33,041 nucleotides of DNA from Spirochaetae bacterium HGW-Spirochaetae-7. Its GTDB lineage: Bacteria; Spirochaetota; Spirochaetia; Treponematales; UBA12059. The translations under genes and the position numbers were made by a program. This document shows positions 27,958-33,041 of the stretch, one piece after another (the first letter of the stretch is position 1; each line of letters starts with the position of its first letter). Below the pieces are notes generated by a model. The model saw nothing but the letters and a program-made list of their open reading frames with translations, was not told where the DNA came from and did no database searches. The DNA lies in assembly GCA_002839245.1 (NCBI GenBank), contig PGXR01000002.1:1-33041 (forward strand), given 5' to 3'.

Positions 27958-28781
27958 AACTGACGGTTTCCGAACTGGAATGCAAGGCCCGGGAACTGAG
28001 ACTGGACTCCATCGAGATGATAGCGCAGGCGGGAGGCGGCCATCTCGGGGGCTCGCTGAGCGCCATGGACATCATGACCGCGCTGTATTTCAACGTCATG
28101 CGAATCGATCCGGAACATCCGATGAAGGCCGACCGGGACAGGTTCATCCTGTCGGCGGGCCACAAGGCCGCAGGCTACGTGCCCGTGCTCGCCGCGCGGG
28201 GGTATTTCTCAAGGGACCTGCTGCCGACGTTCAACAAGCTCGACAGCCGGTTCGGTATGCATCCCGACATGCACAAGATTCCCGGCTGCGACGCGTCCAC
28301 GGGCAGCCTGGGCCACGGCTTGCCGGTCGGGCTGGGCATGGCGCTGGCGCTCCGGCTCGACGGATTCGACAGCAAGGTGTTCGTGCTCCTGGGCGACGGC
28401 GAGCTGCACGAGGGCACCAACTGGGAGGCCGCGATGGGGGCGGCCCAGCACAAGACCTCGAGCCTGGTCGCCATCGTCGACTACAACAAGTGTTCCATGG
28501 ACGGCCCGATAGACCAGGTCGTCTCGCTCGAACCGCTGGTCGACAAGTGGAAATCATTCGGGTGGGAGACCATCCGCATCGACGGCAACGACATGGCGCA
28601 GGTGCTCGGGGCGCTCAAGGAGGCGGCCGATCGAGGCAATCGAGGCAACCCGGTGGTCATCGTCGCCGATACGGTCAAGGGCAAGGGCGCGGCCTTCGCC
28701 GAGGGCGACTACCGCTGGCATTACGGCTGCCCGAGCGAAGATCAGCTGGCTGAAGCCAGAACGGCGCTGGGAGGCGAGTGA
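27954..28781 (+). CDS. Transketolase, N-terminal (ThDP-binding) subunit
   Basis: GHLGGSLS, DRFILSAGH, STGSLGHG, GDGELHEG..WEA and T.KGKG..WH motifs. Confidence 0.95.
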   Translation: MKLTVSELECKARELRLDSIEMIAQAGGGHLGGSLSAMDIMTALYFNVMRIDPEHPMKADRDRFILSAGHKAAGYVPVLAARGYFSRDLLPTFNKLDSRFGMHPDMHKIPGCDASTGSLGHGLPVGLGMALALRLDGFDSKVFVLLGDGELHEGTNWEAAMGAAQHKTSSLVAIVDYNKCSMDGPIDQVVSLEPLVDKWKSFGWETIRIDGNDMAQVLGALKEAADRGNRGNPVVIVADTVKGKGAAFAEGDYRWHYGCPSEDQLAEARTALGGE

Positions 28782-28782
28782 C

Positions 28783-29748
28783 ATGGCTGGATTGAGCATG
28801 GCCGACATCGAGAAGATGTCCGCCCGGGACGCCTTCGGGCTGGCATTGTCTGAAATCGGCGCGGAAAACGTAAACGTCGTCCTTCTGGGAGCGGATGCCA
28901 TCGGGTCTACGCGGGCAGCGGGATTCGCGAAGCGATTTCCCGACCGGACCTTCAATTTCGGGATCGCGGAACAGGAGATGATCTCGGCCGCCGCCGGGTT
29001 CGCCGCTTGCGGCAAGATACCCGTGGCGACCGCCTACGGCTTCCTCATCTCGCTCCGGGCCTGCGAACAGGTCCGGTCGGACATCTGTTACCCGAACCTC
29101 AACGTCAAGCTGATGTCGACGCATACCGGTCTCACCATGGCGGAGGCGGGAACGACCCATCACTCCACCGAGGACATCGCCATAATGCGCAGCTTCGCGA
29201 ACATGACGATAGTCGCTCCGTCGGATTCCGTGGAGACGGTCAAGGCGGTCAGGGCCGTCATCGACTACCCGGGTCCGGTCTACCTACGGATGGGACGGGG
29301 CGAGACCGAATCCGTCAACCGCGGGGATTACGAGTTCGTCATCGGAAAGGCGATCACGCTGCGCGAAGGCACAGCGGTCACCATCATCGCCTGCGGCATC
29401 ATGGTAGCGGAGGCCCTGAAGGCGGCCGCGAAGTTGTCGTCGGAAGGCGTTTCCGCGCGCGTGATCAACATGCACACGATCAAACCCCTTGACGTCGAAG
29501 CAGTACTGCGCGCGGCCAGGGAGACAGGAGCCATCGTGACGGCGGAAGAACATACCGTGATAGGCGGATTGGGCGAGGCCGTCGCCGGGGTCGTCTGCGA
29601 GAACTCGCCGGTTCCAGTGGTGAAGGTCGGCTTGAATGATTGCTACGGAATCATCGGACCGGAAGACATGGTCAAGCAGAGGCTCGGCCTCGACGCTGAA
29701 TCGATTTTCAAGGCGGCGAAGAAGGCGATCCTGCATAAAGTCGATTGA
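28783..29748 (+). CDS. Transketolase, C-terminal subunit
   Basis: FNFGIAEQEM, RACEQVR, GTTHHSTED, GPVYLR, TIKPLD and EEH..IGGLG motifs. Confidence 0.95.
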   Translation: MAGLSMADIEKMSARDAFGLALSEIGAENVNVVLLGADAIGSTRAAGFAKRFPDRTFNFGIAEQEMISAAAGFAACGKIPVATAYGFLISLRACEQVRSDICYPNLNVKLMSTHTGLTMAEAGTTHHSTEDIAIMRSFANMTIVAPSDSVETVKAVRAVIDYPGPVYLRMGRGETESVNRGDYEFVIGKAITLREGTAVTIIACGIMVAEALKAAAKLSSEGVSARVINMHTIKPLDVEAVLRAARETGAIVTAEEHTVIGGLGEAVAGVVCENSPVPVVKVGLNDCYGIIGPEDMVKQRLGLDAESIFKAAKKAILHKVD

Positions 29749-29762
29749 TCGGGAGGTACGCG

Positions 29763-31601
29763 ATGGTTGGCGGATATTGGCTCAAGGCGCTGAGGGTCGA
29801 GCTTGATACTGGAATCGTTCGTGACGAGGCCCTGGACGAGGGCCTGGCCAGAGCCTGCATCGGCGGCGCGGGTTTTGCAGCCCACTTCCTCTCGCGAGAG
29901 GTCGGCCGGGACGTCGCGGCCAGGTCTCCGGAGAATCTGCTGATATTCGCGACCGGCCCCTTCCAGGCGATGAAGATGCCTGGCGCCGCGAAGTTTTCTA
30001 TCTGCACGCGATCCCCGCTGACCGGGACATTCACCGACTCCGCGGCCGGGGGCGATTTCGGCTTCGCCTTGAAGCATAGCGGCTATGACCTCGTCATCGT
30101 CTCCGGGCGGAGCGGGACGCCTGTCTATGTCCACGTATCCGACGGGACCGCCAGGATACTACCCGCGGTCGACCTGTGGGGCAAGGATACGATCGACACC
30201 TACGGGATACTCGCAGCAAGGCATGGCGGAGCCTCCGTTGCCGCCATCGGCTCGGCGGGCGAGAACGGCGTGGCCATGTCATGTGTCTATGTCGACGGGT
30301 ACTCGGCCGCCGGCCGCGGCGGGACCGGCTGCGTGATGGGCTCCAAGAACCTGAAGGCCCTGGTCGTCTCCGGAACCCTCGAAGTGCCGCTAGCGGACAG
30401 GACGAGGGTCGAGGACCTCGAGAAACGTTACAGGAAGTCGATCGCCGGGACGGCGGCGGGTTTAAGGGAAGGCGGGACCGTCGGCGGACTCGTCCCCGGC
30501 GAGGAATCCGGCAACCTTCCGCTACGGAACTGGAGCCAGACGGGGTGGAAGGAAGGGGCCGGCAAGATAGGATACCCCGGGTATTCCTCGCTCAACAACA
30601 AGCTCCATCCATGCACGTATTGCACGATTTCGTGCCACCGGCGATCGGACGTTTCCTTCCCCGACGGTTATTCGTACAAGGGGCCGGCTCCGGAATACGA
30701 GACACTGGCGATGCTCGGCGCCTGTTGCCTCGTCGACGACCTTGAGTCGCTGGTGAAGGCGAACGATCTGTGCAACCGAGCCGGCCTCGATACCATGAGT
30801 TCAGGCGGATGCGCCGCCTTTGCCATGGAAGCCCTGGAGAAGGTTCATACGAACGGGCATCTTCCCGCGTATCCGCTGACCTGGGGCGATGGCGACGGTC
30901 TGCTGAAATTCATCGGCGAGCTGGCGGGTCGAACGGGATTCGGGGGCCTGTTCTCGGAGGGAATAGTCCCGGCCGCCAGTCGCTTCGCGCCGGAAGCCGC
31001 CGCCTACGCGCATCATGTCAAGGGCCAGGACATTCCGGCTCATGATCCGCGGGTCTATTTCAACCTCGGCTTGTCCTACGCGACGGGCAATCGGGGCGCC
31101 TGCCACATGAGGGCGTATTCCCAGATCGCGACGATGGGAGCCTTGTTGCCGGAGGTCGGCATCGACGTCGCCCCGGCGCCGGACACGCTCGAGGGAGCCG
31201 CCCATGTCGTCAAGACCTACCAAGACTTTACGTCATTCTACAATTCCTGCGTGCTGTGCCAGTTCATGATCTGGGGCGGGCTGAGCCTGGGTGACATGAC
31301 CGACTGCCTGAACGCCATTACCGGCTGGCGGATGGAACCCCGGGACGTCATGGAATGCGGGGAGAGGGTCTTCACCATCCAGCGGGCGTTGAATACCAGG
31401 TGGGGAATTTCACGGAAGGACGACACCCTTCCAGAACGGTTCTTTACGGCCGCTTCGGCGGGACCCCGGGCCGGCAAGGCTCCCGACAGGGATCGATTCG
31501 CCGCCGAGCTTTCCGAGCTGTACCGGCTCCGCGGCTGGGACCAGGATGGCCTCGTCACCGCGGAGACCAGCGACCGCCTCGGGTTGGCGTCATGGATGTA
31601 G
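29763..31601 (+). CDS. Aldehyde:ferredoxin oxidoreductase (AOR) family, W/Mo-pterin enzyme
   Basis: RSPLTG, AGRGGTGCVMGSKNLKA, CTYCTISC, EYET, GLDTMS, HVKG..HDPR and NRGACH motifs. Confidence 0.93.
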   Translation: MVGGYWLKALRVELDTGIVRDEALDEGLARACIGGAGFAAHFLSREVGRDVAARSPENLLIFATGPFQAMKMPGAAKFSICTRSPLTGTFTDSAAGGDFGFALKHSGYDLVIVSGRSGTPVYVHVSDGTARILPAVDLWGKDTIDTYGILAARHGGASVAAIGSAGENGVAMSCVYVDGYSAAGRGGTGCVMGSKNLKALVVSGTLEVPLADRTRVEDLEKRYRKSIAGTAAGLREGGTVGGLVPGEESGNLPLRNWSQTGWKEGAGKIGYPGYSSLNNKLHPCTYCTISCHRRSDVSFPDGYSYKGPAPEYETLAMLGACCLVDDLESLVKANDLCNRAGLDTMSSGGCAAFAMEALEKVHTNGHLPAYPLTWGDGDGLLKFIGELAGRTGFGGLFSEGIVPAASRFAPEAAAYAHHVKGQDIPAHDPRVYFNLGLSYATGNRGACHMRAYSQIATMGALLPEVGIDVAPAPDTLEGAAHVVKTYQDFTSFYNSCVLCQFMIWGGLSLGDMTDCLNAITGWRMEPRDVMECGERVFTIQRALNTRWGISRKDDTLPERFFTAASAGPRAGKAPDRDRFAAELSELYRLRGWDQDGLVTAETSDRLGLASWM

Positions 31602-32431
31602 GCGTTCATGTTTCGCTGTGGACCCCGGAATGGACCAGCCCCTTTCTCGACGGGATCGACAAGGCGGCAGACCTGGGATGTAGTTGCGTGGAGATACCGC
31701 TGATGGATCCGGCCAATTTCCCGCTCGATGACACAAGGCGGCGTCTCGCCGCGAACGGGCTCAGTGTCTACTGCGGCACCGGCCTGAGCAAGGAAACCGA
31801 TATCGGCAGCTCAACCGAATCGATACGCGAAAACGGCATCCGCCACCTGAGCGAATGCCTCCGGCTCTGCGCCGAGCTCGGCAGCGATTCACTCGGGGGG
31901 GTCATCCATTCACCTTGGGGCCTGAAGGGGCGCGCCGATCCAGGATATTCCCGGCGCGTCGCCTCGTCGCTCGCCCGGCTCGCGGACTTGGCAGCGAAAA
32001 ATGGCACGTCGCTGGCGCTGGAGTGCATCAACCGCTACGAGAACTCCTTCCTGAACACCGTGGACCAGTGCCTGGCTCTTCTCGGGATCATCGGCAGGGA
32101 AAACGTCGGCCTGCATCTTGATACCTATCATATGAACATCGAGGAGAGCGGGATGGTCGCGGCCATGACGAGGGCCGGCGCCAGGCTCCTCAGGTTGCAC
32201 TTGAGCGAGAACACGAGGGGATATCCGGGATCGGGGGCACTTGCCTGGGACGAGATCATCGCCGCCGCTAAGGCCTCCGGCTATAAGGGGCCTTGGATAC
32301 TGGAAAGTTATGTGCAGCCGGATTTCCCGGCTTCATCGGATGTCTGCGTCTGGAGACCCATCGAGCCTGACAGTTCCGAAAGCCTGCGTCGTTCTATCGA
32401 TTTCATCAGGGAGCTTGTTTCGGCCGATTGA
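31592..32431 (+). CDS. Ketose 3-epimerase (D-tagatose/D-psicose 3-epimerase family; AP-endonuclease-2 TIM barrel)
   Basis: LECINRYE, LHLDTYHMNIEE, LHLSENTRG.PGSG and ILES metal-binding motifs. Confidence 0.88.
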   Translation: MDVGVHVSLWTPEWTSPFLDGIDKAADLGCSCVEIPLMDPANFPLDDTRRRLAANGLSVYCGTGLSKETDIGSSTESIRENGIRHLSECLRLCAELGSDSLGGVIHSPWGLKGRADPGYSRRVASSLARLADLAAKNGTSLALECINRYENSFLNTVDQCLALLGIIGRENVGLHLDTYHMNIEESGMVAAMTRAGARLLRLHLSENTRGYPGSGALAWDEIIAAAKASGYKGPWILESYVQPDFPASSDVCVWRPIEPDSSESLRRSIDFIRELVSAD

Positions 32432-32519
32432 GCAGCGTTTGAAGTATGGAATATGATGCATCGTAACCACCGGAATTCGCGGACTGATCATCGTGCGAGA
32501 AGCCATTCGGAGTATAGCC

Positions 32520-33041
32520 ATGCGTAGTGATGTCAAGATGACGGAATCGGAAAACTCGCCCCTGTACAAAATAGCGTACCACAACCTCCGGGAAGCCATC
32601 CTGAACGGCCAGCTTCCGCCGGGAACCAAACTGGTCGAGCAAGCCATCTCTACCCAGATGGCGATAAGCAAGACTCCAATCCGCGAGGCGATACGCGAAC
32701 TCGCCCAGGAAGGGCTCATCCTTTTCAAGGCCAGGCGTGGCATCACTGTCATCGATTTTACGGAGAAGGATATCAACGAGCTGGTCACCCTGCGATCCAG
32801 CCTCGAGGTACTCGGAGTACGCCTGGCGCACGAAAACCTGGTCGAGGACGATTTCTTCACGTTGCGCGCCATCCTGGACAGGATCGTCGCCGCCGAGAAG
32901 GCCCACGACTATGCGGGACTTTCGGATCTCGATATCGAGTTCCACCAGTTCATCATCGAGAAGTCAGGCAACAAGCGGCTGGTCAAGGCATGGAAGGATA
33001 TCGCGTCCCAGATGAACGTTCTTTTTCGCATGATCCGCTAC
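32520..33041 (+). CDS. GntR family regulator with FCD domain (3'-truncated by the window; absent from the ORF track)
   Basis: GGAG RBS, ATG at 32520, frame open to the end: LYKIAYHNLREAILNGQLPPGTKLVE..ISKTPIREAIRELAQEGL...R..LE...DIEFHQFII..SGNKRL. Confidence 0.93.
   Translation, partial: MRSDVKMTESENSPLYKIAYHNLREAILNGQLPPGTKLVEQAISTQMAISKTPIREAIRELAQEGLILFKARRGITVIDFTEKDINELVTLRSSLEVLGVRLAHENLVEDDFFTLRAILDRIVAAEKAHDYAGLSDLDIEFHQFIIEKSGNKRLVKAWKDIASQMNVLFRMIRY

Overview
GC-rich bacterial window of about 35 genes in three blocks. No rRNA, tRNA, CRISPR array or transposase was recognised; the host taxon is uncertain (the first gene resembles spirochaete proteins). (1) 1-2128: tail of a twin cNMP-binding protein, a membrane protein and an exported rhodanese. 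(2) About 2477-15694: a thiol/metal/redox-stress block. It holds a minimal divergent merA/merR pair with a Tn21/Tn501-type operator, a peroxiredoxin-like gene, a flavodoxin-AhpD-TetR-AhpD run, a cytochrome P460-family lipoprotein, an unusual Cys-rich/2Fe-2S/adenylate cyclase, a YHS-DUF1684-TauE-desaturase operon, a TVP38 protein, an ECF sigma/zinc anti-sigma pair and a phosphotransferase. A motif GTAAGA-N16-CGTC occurs in three intergenic regions and is a candidate promoter for that ECF. (3) 15764-33041: a co-directional cluster of 15 catabolic genes followed by a GntR regulator. It encodes 2 nucleoside hydrolases, a YnjB-type ABC transporter, a FucI-like isomerase, an ADP-ribosylglycohydrolase-ankyrin fusion, a LarA homolog, an HprK-like P-loop protein, a divergent ComA, a split transketolase, an AOR-family enzyme and a ketose 3-epimerase. 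These enzymes can be ordered into a coherent route I do not recognise as described: 5'-sulfo/thio-nucleoside to substituted pentose to 3-substituted lactate, then racemisation, phosphorylation and reverse-ComA elimination to PEP. That pathway is inference only. All family calls come from motif recognition, not database searches.
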